Below are positions 10,209 through 22,358 of a DNA stretch of 64,000 nt, piece by piece. A program made the translations under genes and the position numbers. The notes under the pieces are model-generated. The model saw nothing but the letters and a program-made list of their open reading frames with translations. It made no database searches and was not told the origin of the DNA. How positions within the stretch are numbered: position 1 is the first letter of the stretch; every line of letters starts with the position of its first letter. The stretch lies in NCBI GenBank assembly GCA_025558095.1, contig JAIVFI010000044.1, positions 191,022-255,021 of the forward strand. The letters are read 5' to 3'. The DNA is from Hyaloraphidium curvatum SAG 235-1. Its lineage: Eukaryota > Fungi > Monoblepharomycota.

Positions 10209-11921
10209 ATGCCGGCCGACGACTATTCCAGCATTCCCGCGTCCGTCTGTGCGCCGCCGGACGCGTTTACGGACGTTGCGATCCGCCGGCGGCTGCCGGC
10301 CACGGCGGTCGACCCGCGGTTGCTTCCACCAACGCTGCGGCCGCGACTGGCGGCGCCGTTTCCACTTCCAACAAGCATGGCACGTGAATTAATGCTCTAC
10401 AGATCTCCTTTGAGCTATGACGACTGCATCGCCGCTTACCGGAACGGCCTGCCCGGGTTCCGCGTCTTGGCGGAGTTTCAGCGCTTTCTGGCGGTAACCG
10501 AGCGCAGATTTTGGATCTGGGTGGTTGGAATAGGGCTCTATTACGGGACCATGGTCGCCCTGCTGGTTGCCGTGTACGTGGGCCGCGGTCCTGACGGCTC
10601 CACGTCGGCCTTTGCCACCGCGGCCGTCGGGATCCTGTTTGGGTACGTTCACTACCCGCTGATTGCCTTGAGGCACCACTGGGTGACCTCTGCGCCGCTG
10701 TTTTCCGCTGCGGATTCGAAGGACTTGAGCTGTGCGCCGCACGCGTACACGGCGCGGTACTGGACCGTCATGGGCCAGTCGAAAAGAGGAGTCGAGGAGG
10801 GGCGCAATGGTGAGGACTCGGAAGAAACAAGGGCGTTGTTTGGGCACCGAGCGCCACAGAACGGTTTTGAGCTCGTCGAGCCGTTTCTGGAGCCGGATTC
10901 GCGGGCAGCGTCCCGCGACGCCATGCCCGGTTTTGCGAAATCGGACGTCTGCCCATGTCTCCGCTGCGCTGGCATTTTTGATGGCGGCGGGTGGAAGACG
11001 ATTGTAGTGTTCTTTTTGGGTCACTTTGGAGTGCACTTTACTCTCCAAGCGGTCCAGGTTGCGCTGGTATTCTGGGACCTCTGGGCAACGGGCAGTCTGC
11101 TGTACACGACTGCATGGGTTCCAGCCGTTCTGGCCGTGAACGTCGCCAGCTTCGTCGTTTTCTTCACCTGGATGCACGGGCACACGTCGTTTGTCCTTAG
11201 CAGCATGCACATTGGTCTCCTTGGGCGGACACAGCACCGTGTCGTTACCGCGGCCGTCGATGCACTAATCTGCAGCTGCACTGACCGTGTGCGGACATTC
11301 CTTTCCGGCGAAACAAAGCACGATGAAGCGCCGCATGGAGCACACACGGCACCGCTGTACCTACTTTGTGGGGAGGACATTGCTGCTTTCTACAGAGGCG
11401 CGCAGTTAGAAGCCATTTACGTCACCGCACCGCTCGTGCTGGCCATCTGGACGGTGGCCGTTGCCCTGCTGTGCTCATTTCCCTTTGGCGGGTCTTGTTT
11501 CCCTGCTTGGGTGCCTGTCATTGTCCATGCGGGCGTGTACATTTCTCTTTATAACCTCATTTGCTTGGCACAGGCCAACATGAGTGTGACGAGGCTGTCT
11601 GCGGAGTTTGGCCGCGCCTCGGAGCGGATTGGTGCCGCATTGGTGGAGCTGGCTTCGAGCGCTGGATCGCCACCCACGGTACAGGCCATGACCACAGACC
11701 CTTCCCGCGCGTATCTGTTTGCAGCGCTGTCGGCAGAGCTCGCGGCCCACAGGGACGAGCTGCGACGGCTCGCGACCACGCTCCCGCGGATCAAGGCGTT
11801 CGGATTCGACCTGACGTTTTCGGCGCTGCGCACAGGGGGCCTGGCGGCGCTGACGGTTGGCGCGGCGCTGTACCAGGCATTTCGTTTGCGGATCCAGCTG
11901 GGGACGTTCTGCAAGCCGTGA
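10209..11921 (+). CDS. Intronless 7-TM protein, candidate gustatory-receptor-like (GRL/7TMIC) channel
   Basis: 570-aa ORF with no signal peptide; seven hydrophobic segments; CPCLRC in a long loop; C-terminal KAFGFDLTFSALRTGGLAALTVGAALYQAF. Confidence 0.7.
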   Translation: MPADDYSSIPASVCAPPDAFTDVAIRRRLPATAVDPRLLPPTLRPRLAAPFPLPTSMARELMLYRSPLSYDDCIAAYRNGLPGFRVLAEFQRFLAVTERRFWIWVVGIGLYYGTMVALLVAVYVGRGPDGSTSAFATAAVGILFGYVHYPLIALRHHWVTSAPLFSAADSKDLSCAPHAYTARYWTVMGQSKRGVEEGRNGEDSEETRALFGHRAPQNGFELVEPFLEPDSRAASRDAMPGFAKSDVCPCLRCAGIFDGGGWKTIVVFFLGHFGVHFTLQAVQVALVFWDLWATGSLLYTTAWVPAVLAVNVASFVVFFTWMHGHTSFVLSSMHIGLLGRTQHRVVTAAVDALICSCTDRVRTFLSGETKHDEAPHGAHTAPLYLLCGEDIAAFYRGAQLEAIYVTAPLVLAIWTVAVALLCSFPFGGSCFPAWVPVIVHAGVYISLYNLICLAQANMSVTRLSAEFGRASERIGAALVELASSAGSPPTVQAMTTDPSRAYLFAALSAELAAHRDELRRLATTLPRIKAFGFDLTFSALRTGGLAALTVGAALYQAFRLRIQLGTFCKP

Positions 11922-12051
11922 TTCTTTGTTGTAGTTTTTCCTCGCCCCACAGAATGCGGAGCGAGATATGAAGAGCATAAAGTCGGCATTGGAATGGTAT
12001 TGACTGCTTCTTGGACGATGTTTCTAGTTTCAGATCGTTGTATCGCGTCCA

Positions 12052-13540
12052 TTACAGCTTTGCAACAAGTGCATGGTAGAAAGGCTGAAGGCTGGACACC
12101 CTCCGCACGCCCCGCGCAACAATCTCCCGCAGCTCCTGCACCCTCAGCTTCTCCGACTTTTCCAGGGCGTCCTCGATCGTCCCATCGCCCTCCTTGAGCG
12201 CTCGAACGAGGGCCAGCGCGTCGTCGAAGCACCGCTGCGTGCCGGTGGTGGTCGTTGGCGACGCTAGCGCGGCGGCGTCCCCGATCAGGATGGTGCGGTG
12301 CTTTGGGAAAGCCGTCCGCGTGGGGCTGCGTTGACAGGTGAGCAACTCAATGCTGCGATCCGCGTCGGAGCAGCAAGCGTACCTGTAGCTCCAGACGGCC
12401 TGCGCGAACAGCTTGTCCAGCTTCACCGTGAGCTCCAGCATCTCCACGACCTTGGGCCACTTCCCCAGCACGTCGTCCCGCTTCGCAAAGGCGAGGAACT
12501 CTTGCGCGACCCGAGGGTCGATCGTCCCCGGCGGGAGCGAGTACAGATGGCGCTCGCCGTTGCGGTCCGTCAGCGTGCGGACCATGACGTCGTTGGGCAC
12601 GATCAGGTACATGAACCAGTTGAAGCGCGCGCGACGATCGGCGCTCTTTCGGAACGGGGGGACAGGGTAACAGCCCCAGTACAGCTTCTCGCGCCGGTCG
12701 TAGAAAACGTTGAAGTTCCCGCAGCCGTCCGGCAGGATTGACTCGTACATCCCAGCGGGCATCTGCGAACGCTCCACGAGACCCCGAAAGATGATCAGGT
12801 TGTCGTAGCGCGGCCGCGAGGCGGGCAGCAGGGTGTGAAAGTCCGGCAACCCATCGCTCGGAGGGCTGGGCGGCAGCGGAGGCGGCGCCAGGTGGTCCTC
12901 CGAAGGTGGATAAAGGCCGAGGAGAAGGGTCCGCAGGTCCGACATGTACCCATCGGCGCCGACGATCAGGTCGGCGCGGAAGCTGGTCCCGTCCTCAAAC
13001 ACGACCGTCGACTTGTCGCCTCCAGGCTCCACCCGGAGCACCCGCTTGCCGCGCACGTAAGTTCCTCCGAGCGCAGTAAAAGTAGGTAACAATGCCGACA
13101 TGATGTTGTCGTAGGAAACGGTGCCCCGCCACAGCTTCCTCGGCTGGTCCGCCGGCGTATGAAAGTCCACAGAGACCGGCTGCCCCTTCGCGTTGAGCAT
13201 CTCGCTCCGCGAGAACCGGTGGCGTTCATAAACGAGGTGCTTCAGGTCCGTATCGCCCGTGACTTCGCTGTACAGGCCCAAGCTGATTGCGAGCCCGGCT
13301 CCGCGGTCCTCCAGGGCCTGCGTGGAGCGTTCAAAGGCGGTGACGCGGGGCTTCGGGTCAAGATTACGGAGGAGTGCGCTGTTTCGCGGTGAGATTGTGG
13401 TCGGTGGAAGGGTGAGCCGCCCCGGCGTCGAGAGAGCGTGAGAGATGGGAGACATCCACGCCGCGCTGCGAGGACACGTACATCGCCGCGGAGAGCCCGC
13501 CAATGGAGCCTCCGATGATTGCCACGTCGCGCTGAGCCAT
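12052..13540 (-). CDS. FAD-dependent monooxygenase (2,6-dihydroxypyridine 3-hydroxylase-like), C-terminal PTS1 AKL
   Basis: Exon 1 VAIIGGSIGGL (Rossmann motif); FERSTQALEDRGAGL; ADLIVGADG; FNWFMY; LTDRNGERHLYSLPPG; ILIGDAA; ends ALVAKL*; 2 introns. Confidence 0.85.
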
Positions 13541-13623
13541 TTCGGAGGCCTCTCGTGACCTGATCCGAGGACTTCGACGCGACCTGAAACCCCTTCGTCA
13601 ACAACGACGCGTCGTTCGCCGCG

Positions 13624-14548
13624 ATGTCCCTAGAGGAGGCGCCCGGCCCCGCGCAGGAAACCTCCCCCTTCCCGGACCCGCCTCCGTTCTACAAACACTA
13701 CACCGACGCGGCGTACCGCTCCCCCCCCGGCTCGGACGCGCGCCTCGCGTCCGCGCGCGCTGGCGCGTTCCTGGACCCGCCGGCGCCGGTAACGGACCGC
13801 TGGACGTCGTTCGGCGTGACGAGGGAGGTCGGTGATCTTTTGGTGTCGCGATGCGGCGCGCGATTAGGCCGCTGAGGTGTGGGAACGCGTCAGGTCGAGG
13901 AGGCGCCAAAGACGATCTTCGAGCAGGAGGGCGTGCCGCAGCTCTTCCCAAACGGCGACTTTGGTGGGCCCCTCCCGTGCTTGCTGCTCCACTCGGAACG
14001 CGCCCTGACCGCGTCCGGACGGCGTTCGGGGAACAGACCGCGCGGCAGCCCTCCGCAGCCTCAACAAGGCCCTCGTCTTCAACTACCTCGAGCTCCTGGA
14101 CGTCCTCGTCCGCGACCCCGGGCCGCAGCAGAACCCGCAGTGGATCCGCAAGGTGCAGCACCTCCACGTGCTCATCAAGAACCTGCACTTCCTCGTCAAC
14201 GGGTACAGGCCGCACCAGGCGCGGGCGACGCTGCAGCAGATGCTCGCGGTGCAGATTGCCGAGCGGAAAGAGGCGGCGGAGAAGCTGAGGGAGGCGAGGG
14301 AGGCGGTGGTCGCGGAGCTGGAGAGGGCGGGAGGGGCGCTGGCGGCGTGGGCGGCGGAGCACAGGGCGAGGGAGCTCGGGCCGCCGCCCGAACCGCCTCC
14401 GCCGGCGGCCGAGGACGACTTGCCGTCGCCGCCGGCGCCGGACGACGACATGCTCGTCGACCCCGTTGACCCCGCGGACCAGGACTTTGCGCCCGGAGGC
14501 GACCTCATGGCTTCTTTGCTGGACTACGCCGACCGTTCCGAGCGATAG
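13624..14548 (+). CDS. MED7: Mediator subunit Med7
   Basis: SPFPDPPPFYKHYT; PPAP..W.SFG; LRSLNKALVFNYLELLDVL; NLHFLVNGYRPHQARATL; 2 introns. Confidence 0.93.
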
Positions 14549-14608
14549 CATTTCCTCGATTCCAATATACCCGCCTTCCGTGCAGCGGTCCCCCCCGTGC
14601 GGCGCCCC

Positions 14609-16985
14609 TCACTCGGGCGGCTTCTCCGCCGGCTCGTCCGCGGGTTCGGGCGGCGGCACGCCTTCGTCCTCGGGCGGCGGGCCCTCTTCCGGCTTTGCGT
14701 CCTTCGGCCCTTCCTCAGGCTTGTCCGCGGGCGGTGCAGGCGGTTCGGGCGCCTTGCCTTCCGGCGACGGCGGGCCTCCATCGGGCGCTTTGCCTTCCTG
14801 CGGCGCCGCTCCGTCGGGTGCCTTCCCCTCCTGCGGCCCAGGTCCCGGCTTTTCCGCCTCGGGCGGCGCGCCCCCGCCGGGCTTGCGCCGCGGCTTCTTG
14901 CGCGGCGGCTTGCCCTCGCCCTCCTTCGGCCCGGGAGCCTGCTGGTCCCCCTGCGGCGCGGGCTGGTCCGGTTTCTGTCCCTCTGCCGGTCCGGGAGGCG
15001 GAGGCGGCGGGGGCGGGGGTGCCGGCGGCGGGGCAGCGGCCGCTGCCGCCTCGGCCGCCTTCCTGTGTTCCTCCCTGACGGCCCTCGCCGCCTTCTCCGC
15101 CGCCTCCTCCACCGCCTTGCGCTCCTTCTCCCCCAGCTCCGCCGAAAACCTGTCCAACCGCCCCTCGAACTCCTTCCACCGCGTCCCCACCTCGCGCGCC
15201 GCCACGTCCCGCAGGTGCGGGCCCTGCCGGTCGAACAGCTCCAGCCCGGACCAGTGCTTCACCCGCGACATCATGGTCCCGTAGAAGCCGCCCTCGCGGA
15301 TGCCGCCCATCTTTGCCGCGCGCTCGCCGATGGCCTCCCGGCGCTGCTTCTCGAACGCCCCCTCGCACGACTTGCCGAAGGAGGACTCGAACAGCACGAC
15401 GAACATGGTGTTGGCCCACTCGAACACCGGGCGGGTGCACTTGGTCACGTCGTTGACGCTGACGCTCTCGTGCATGAGCCCGTTGCCGCACTGCATCTCC
15501 AGCAGCAGCCTGAAGGCGTCCGCGCGCGAGTAGACGTCGCGGTCGAGGATGGCCTCGACCATGGTCCCCAGGGGCCAGATGTGGCCCGGCGGGGTGTGCG
15601 GCGACCCCGTGCCGCCAAAGAAGGGGATCTTCTTCTTCTTGCCGCGGTAGTTGTTGCGCGCGGCCGAGAACTCGGTCTCGAAGTAGTACTTGTTCTTGTC
15701 GCTGAGGAGGCGCTGCTTGGTGCGGAGGTAGGCGGTCTCGTCGTAGTGGCGGTAGCCGAGGATGGGGACCGAGAGGAGCGACGGGACGTTGGGGTCGTCG
15801 AAGTCCACCATGGAGGAGCCGAGGCCGTCGACCTCGTAGGCGTAGATGTACTCCTGCGTGTCCGATGTCTGGCAACGGGGTGGGCCGCCCATCAGGAACG
15901 GAAGGCGCGCTTGGCCGCCGCGCGTCCCCAACCTTGACTTTGCCGTACGTCTCGATGCCCTCCCTGATCTGCTCCGCCATCTCCCCCGCCAGCTTCTCGA
16001 TCTCCGGATCCCGCCACACCGCCGCGTTGAGCAGCACCGCCTTTTCCAGCGCGGCGCAGACGTACATGTTGACCGGCACGTTGTACCCGTGGGCCTGCGC
16101 GTCGTCCGAGGGGCGGAACCCGCCCCAGACCATCCCCGTGTAGCCGACCTTGCTGCCCTTGCCCCCGTAGGGCAGCTCCTTGTACAGGTAGGGCGACTCC
16201 TTCTCGTGCTCCTGCTCGATGCGGTAGGTGCGCAGGGTGGTCAGGACGGCGTCGTGGATCACGGTCTCGTTGAGGAAGCGCTCGCGGCCCCAGATGGCCG
16301 GCTCGGTGCGGAAGTAGTTGTAGAGCAGGTTGATGAAGTAGGCGCCCGTGTCGGGCTCGTAGTTGCGCGTGCTCACGAAGCCGTAGCGGCCCAGCTCCAT
16401 GTCGCCCTGGGTCAGGTCGGACTCGGTCTTCCACTTCTGCGAGAAGGAGTTTGCCCACGGGTCCAGGGCGAGCAGGTAGGCCTGCGTGCGGATGGCGGTG
16501 TCGACGAGGTTGCGCAGGCCGGGGATGGCGCGCACGCGGGGCAGGAACACGCCGATCTGCACGGCGCCGTCGCGCAGCCACTCGTCGAGGATGTCGCCGG
16601 TGGCCACGAACACGCTCTGGCCGGTGCCGAAGACCTGCGTGCGGCCCTCGAGCAGCGTGTGGAACAGGCAACGGCCGCACAGCTCCTCGACGAGCTTCAT
16701 GTAGTCCGGGCCGAGCTCGGCGCGCAGTGCGGCTGCCATCGGCGGCGAGGCGAAGGCGGTGCCCGACGCCCACAGCTCGACGTCGGGCCACTGGGAGGGC
16801 GGCGGGAGGACGAACTGTGCGGAGTCGACTTCGTCGGGGGGAGGCACGTCCGCGGGCGCGGCGAGGGACGGCAGCGGGAGCGGCAGCCGCGGCACGCGCC
16901 CGCGCAGCAGCAGCAGCGCGACGACGCCGACCGCGACCGCCGGCAGCGCGAGCCGCTTCAGCCGCGACGCGCCGAACCGCGCCAT
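14609..16985 (-). CDS. Glycoside hydrolase family 125 (exo-alpha-1,6-mannosidase-like), type II membrane anchor, Pro/Glu-rich C-terminal tail
   Basis: VATGDILDEWLRD; DPWANSF; YTGMVWGGFRPSDD; YAYEVDGLG; DDPNVPSLLS; GSPHT; LMHES; TRPVFEWANTMF; 1 intron at about 15869-15932. Confidence 0.9.
14700..14935 (-). repeat. Degenerate coding repeats (PQ)EGKAP(D/E)G in the GH125 tail
   Basis: GPQEGKAPDGAAPQEGKAPDGGPPSPEGKAPEPP in the translation. Confidence 0.7.
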
Positions 16986-17156
16986 TGCGGACGCGTCGGG
17001 GGGAGCCGCAGAGCCGCAGCGGGTTAGCGCGCTAACCACTTCAAGCCCGGGGAAATCGCGCGCCTGGACTGCGCCTAGATTTTTCGGCTTATTATAAACC
17101 GCACTCAACACCCCCGACACCCGTGTCCTGCCCTTCCGCCCCCCCAACGTCCCACC

Positions 17157-20113
17157 ATGTCCGACTCGGACGCGGCCGACGACGTGTCGGTCGACGGCGC
17201 CGCGGAAGCCCCGGCCTCCGCGGCCCCGCTCAAGGCGCCCGCGCCCAACACGCCCGCCGCCATCCTCGCGCACCCGGACTACGCGGACTTTGCCGCGGAC
17301 GGCTTCGACGCGAACGCGTACGCGTCGGAGATCGTGCACTCGCCCGCCAGCGCGTACTACTCGGGCTCGGGCGGCATCTCGGCGTCGCTGCAGAAGCTCG
17401 CTTACAACGTCGAGTTCCTGAGGAAGCAGGTGGGGCGCCCCCTCGTTCCGACCCGCTTCCCCGCCTCTAAAACCGCATTCGGCTTCAGATACACGACCAG
17501 GTCGCCGCGCACTACGAGGACCTGCTGCAGCAGGTCACCGGTCTGCAGGACCTCGAGGGCCACCTCTTCAGCGTGCGCCAGGGCCTCGCCTCGCTGGACG
17601 GCACCATGGACAAGTGCGTCGCCCTCCCTCGCCTGTGTTCTGCTTGAAAACTCACCGCCCGCCCAATGCAGAATCCGGGCCAAAGTCCGCGCCCCCCACA
17701 CGCAGCTCTCGCAGCTCACCCTGCAGCTGGAGCGTGTGCAGCTCGCCGCCGAGGTGCTCCGCCGCGTGATCCGGTTCCTGTACCTGTCGCGGCGGCTGGA
17801 GGCGCAGATGGCCGCGCACGCGGCGGCGGAGGGGAGGGAGGGGGGCGAGAGGGAGCTGGCAAAGGCCGCCCTGACCTACTCCGAAATCGGTCGGGCCCGC
17901 CCGGCGCTTCCCACCTCTTTGCACGCTCACCCCTGCCTTCCCTTCCTAGAATCAATCCTCGAGGGCTCCGACCTCGCCGGCATCGACGCCGTCTCCCGCC
18001 TCCTCCCGCACCTGGCCACCTCCCGCGCCTCCATCGTCCGCGTCGGGGACGCCCACCTCCGCCGCGGCATGCAGACCGGCGACCAGAGCGCCCTCGCTTA
18101 CGGCCTGCAGGTGCACCGCAACCTCGCGCAGCTCCCCCGCACCGTCAAGGCGGCCGCGGACGCTCTGCTGGAGGAGTGCAGCGAGCGCGTGAGGGGGGGG
18201 TTGGACGTGCAGGCTGCCAACAAGGACGCCAGGGACGGCACCGGCGGGGCGGGGAGCCAGCCGGCGGTCAGGAGGGCGGGTGGCAACGAGCCCGTGGCGT
18301 CGGCACAGGCGGCCGTTTGGGCGTCGGCCCTGTGGACGCGCCTGGAAAAGGCGGTGGACGGGGTGTACGGCGCCGTGGCCGAGGCGTACCTGCTCGAGAG
18401 GGTGCTGCGGAGGAGAAAGGATCCGATATCGGGGGCCACGTTCGAGGAGGAGGTGCTGCCGGCGTTTGGCGGTGAGGGCGTGGTCGAGTACGTGTGGCGG
18501 AATCTGGCGGCCAACTTTGACCGCGAGATCAAGAACGCGACAAAGAGTGGGTGGCATTGGCGCGGCGTTGGCGATCAAGTCGCTGAACGTAGACCCTGTC
18601 TTCCCACAGGCTCGGTCTTCCTGCTCCAGACGCTGCAGAACGCGTACCCACGCCTGCTGCGCCTCGTCAAGGACTTTTTCGTGCGCGTCCGCGTCATCAA
18701 GGGCGCCTTCAACGACCCCACCGCCCCGCAACCACCCGCCCCCGACCCCCTGCCCCTGACTCCGGGCGCCTCCTCCGCCTCCCTCCCCGACGACCCCACC
18801 GACCCGCACGAGCTCCTCTTCCTCCGCTCCCTCTCCCCCCTCGCCACGGCCTACATCCAGCGCTCCGCCACCCGCATGTTCGACCCCATCAACCTCGCCT
18901 TCCCCGGGGAGCGCGCGGCGCGGTGGGTCCCCGCCCGCGAGGACTCGGAGAGGATCGTCCGCGTCGTCGCGGCGGAGCTGGAGCAGGCGCGGTTCGACGC
19001 CAAGCTCCTCCGCAGCGTGGGTAGGAACGCCGGCAAGGCGGCGCACGCGTTCGCGGTCAAGGCCGAGGGGCTGGTGTCTGCGTACGACCTCGCGCCCGTG
19101 ATGGCGGGGCCGGCGGCGCCGGGGTTGGTCACCGATCTGGAGCTGGTCAACGCGCTGTTCTGGTTCGAGGACGGGGTGTGGAGGGTGCTGGAGGAGTACG
19201 AGGTGGCGTCGGGCCTGGTGGAGGAGATGGGGCCGGCGCTCGAGGCGGTGCGAAAGGTGGCCATGGCGGCGGTGGAGCCGCTGTTCAGGAACATGGGGAA
19301 GGAGCTGGAGGCGACGATCGTCAAGATCCACAAGGAGGACTACCACAAGTGGGTTTTCGTCGTCTTTGTTTGCGCCCGAGTTGCTGACGCATGGGTTTCA
19401 GATCCGCGCCCGCCAAGGCGGCGGGCGTCGTGCGGGTCGGGACGCCGTCCACGGACGCCGACGGCCAATACCTCAAGGAGCTCGGGACCAGGCTCAAGTG
19501 GATCCAGAAGGAGGTTGTCGCGCGGCTCACGGCCCCCGGCGACGAGTCGCGTTCGTGGGTCCGCGCTCTCGCGGCGCGCGTGCTGGACCTCTTCCTGCGG
19601 CACGCATCCTTGTGCCGCCCGCTTTCGGAACCGGGCAAGCTGCGGCTGGCCAACGACATGACGCAGGTCGAGTTCCTGCTCAACCAGTTCCTGGTCGACT
19701 CGGGGATCAAGAACGGGCTCAACGCCGCCTCCACGGACCCCACGGACGAGCTGGTCTCGGCGTACCGCCACCTGCGCGCCTTCAGGCCCCTGCTCTTCCT
19801 GGACCTGCAGCAGCTCGTCGCGCCGCACCACACCTCGCAGATCCAGACGCTGATCGTGGTGCACCACCTGTTCGTGCGCTCGCCGGCGGGCACGCTGCTG
19901 CTCCCGCACGAGCGCTTCGGGTGGAACCAGCAGCAGTACTCGGAATGGCTGGACTCGCACCCTGAAAAGGACCAGATCACGCTCGCGGAGCGGTGCCTGG
20001 AGGAGTACGTCAACGACGTGAGGAGGAAGGGCGAGAAGGAGTTTGTCGCCGAGTTCCCCGTCGTGCGGACGGTGCTGGACGAATGGAAGGCGCGGTTGGC
20101 AGGGGAACGCTAG
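17157..20113 (+). CDS. COG5: Conserved oligomeric Golgi complex subunit 5
   Basis: DYADFAADGFDANAYAS; ISASLQKLAYNVE; IRAKVRAPH; LRRVIRFLYLSRRL; YPRLLRL; LCRPLSEPGKLRLANDMTQVEF; LRAFRPLLFL; about 5 introns. Confidence 0.92.
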
Positions 20114-20152
20114 ACGCGGGGCGGGTGTATTACTCTATCTTGGAAGAACGGG

Positions 20153-22358
20153 CTATTTGCGACCTAGCTCCTTGTCGACTGCCGCGATCTCGGCCTTGAT
20201 GGCCTCAAGCTTCTTGCCGACCTCCTGCCGCTTCTTTTCCGCCTCGGGCTGCGAACCCAGCTGGTGCAGGTTCAGCACCTCGTCCTGGTGCTCGAGCAGC
20301 TTGCGCCGCCTCCTGGCCCACAGATCCGCCATGCTGCTACCAGACCGGCGCAGCTCCGCTTCGGCGTACTCCATCGATCTCACAGCGTCGGCACGGGCCC
20401 TGAGGAGGAGTGCGGCGTCCCTGTGCCGGCCGTTGTAGTCTTCATACGCGTCCTCGAGCTTGCGATGAGCGCGATCCAAGGCCTTGGAGACGGACTGCGT
20501 GGCGCCCGAGGGGTCCTGCATGGGAACGCGGGAAGGCAATAAGTGTATTGCGCGCAGCGTACACATGCGCCCCGTCAAACCTTGGTGATCGAGGTATCTA
20601 TCCGGCCGATGAAGACCACCGAAGCCAGGAACACGAAAATGCCCGTCGCGATCACCAGCGGTTTTCGCAGGTAGGCTGTGACGGGGAAGCGGTAGGTGAC
20701 CTGCAACCAAAACATCAGACCGCCTCACGAAGAAGCCCCTGAAGACCCACGATGAACTCGGACCACATCTCGTCGACGAACCGCTTCTTCACAAAGACCC
20801 GCGTGGGCCTTCCGATGCTGTCAAAGTAGCTGTAGGTGGTCTTGTCGTTTTCGCTGTCGGCTTCGAACGGCAAGAACACCTTGATATCGCTGCAGCAGAA
20901 ACCTCGTCAACGCGATAAACGACACATGCTCCGGCCCTCTCACCTGGCGCCCTCAGGCAAGATGACCTCCAACGTCAGCTTGTCCGCAGGCACGTTCTTC
21001 AGGCCCTCATAGACGCGCGCCTTCAGGACGTAGCGTCCTTGGCTCGAGTCGTACTTGACGAGCGGCTCCCGGCCCGAGGACATCGGAACCTCGTAGCCGT
21101 GGCTCCACGAAAACTTCCAGCCCCCGTAGATGGGGTAGCGCGGCCGCATTTCAAAGACCGAGTGCGAGGCTTCGTTGCGGAAGTGGGACGTCGACACGTT
21201 GCCGTCCACGTCCCTGTACCACGGGTCCCTGGCTCCTGCGGGCCAAAAGAGCTTGAAGCCGCTCGCGACCATGGTCCCGTCGGCACCACCGTAGTTCTGG
21301 GACCTGGCGAAATCGATCCGCGAGAAAGGTTCCCGCAGTCTGGGCGAGGTTCGTCAACGGCGAGCAAGCCACCGATTGGTGCCTTTCCCTACCTTGGGCC
21401 ATCGTGAACGAGGACAGAATCCTCCGAAAACTCGACCTTGGATTGCCAGTGGCTGACTTGTATCTTCCTCGTAACGCTCTCGAGCACGAGGACGGGGTAG
21501 GGCACCTCGAAATGGAAGCGAACGGGCTCGCGCTTGTGCGGTGCGAGCTCTCCCTTGAAAGTGAAGGAGTATTGGTTGCCGGAGACCGACGACGCCGCCG
21601 GGCTGTGGGAGTGGACCTTCCCGGGCGGAGTCCTGTGGGGAGGCAGTCGTTCAGCGACGTGGTTTCCTTCGCGCAACAAGGACCCACTTGACCGTGGTCT
21701 TGGACTTCTCCGTGGTGTAAGGCGAGTCGAAGTACTGGTTGCCCTCGTAGACGCGGGAGGTGCGGTCGCTTTGGCTGATCTTCTTGGGCAGGTTCTCCGT
21801 CAGGTGCACGTAGCTTGTGCCCACGACCAGTTGCACGGAGTCGCCTGCAGGCAGAGGTGCCGGAAGGATGACCTTATAGAATTGCTTGCCTCTGGAAGAG
21901 ACAAAGACGCGTCAGGAGGGGAGACTGCCCATCCGCGAAGGAGCTCACATGGTCGCGTCGTACTGTCCCTTCTGCACCACCAGCTTCGTCTTCTCCCCTT
22001 TAACGATGACTTCGAGCGACGCAAGATGCAAATCCGCCAGCGCAGAGTCAATGGTGACGTAGTAGGCATCCTCGGGCCCCGAGGCCGTGTTCTTCGCCGT
22101 GACCGTCGCGACTTCCCGCACGATGGCGGGGTTCTGAAGGTCCACGACGCGAACCACATTCGTGTTCACGAAGTGTTGCGGCGCAATGAATGGCACCGCG
22201 TTGACCGAGGACGACGACGCCGCGGAGACCAAGGGCGCGTTCCGGGCCGAAAGGAGCGCGACGAAGGCCGTCGCCAGGACCCAGAGCGAAGCGGCTGGGC
22301 CGAGTGCCGGCAAGCTCCTGCGAGCGACGCGGGATCGCGCGCCCGAAAGGCCCCTCAT
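20153..22358 (-). CDS. OST1: Oligosaccharyltransferase subunit ribophorin I
   Basis: Signal peptide; FVNTNVVRVVDL; YFDSPY; IQVSHW; YRDVDGNVSTSHFR; RPRYPIYGGWK; VILPEGA; TYSYFDSIGRP; TM plus cytosolic coiled coil; multiple introns. Confidence 0.92.

Noticed and set aside
14597-19346. Long antisense and alternate-frame ORFs (e.g. 14597-15937+, 15846-17027+, 17952-19346-; likewise 42945-45038-, 61498-62421+)
   Set aside because: These are shadow ORFs expected opposite GC3-rich coding sequence; they show no domain-like content.
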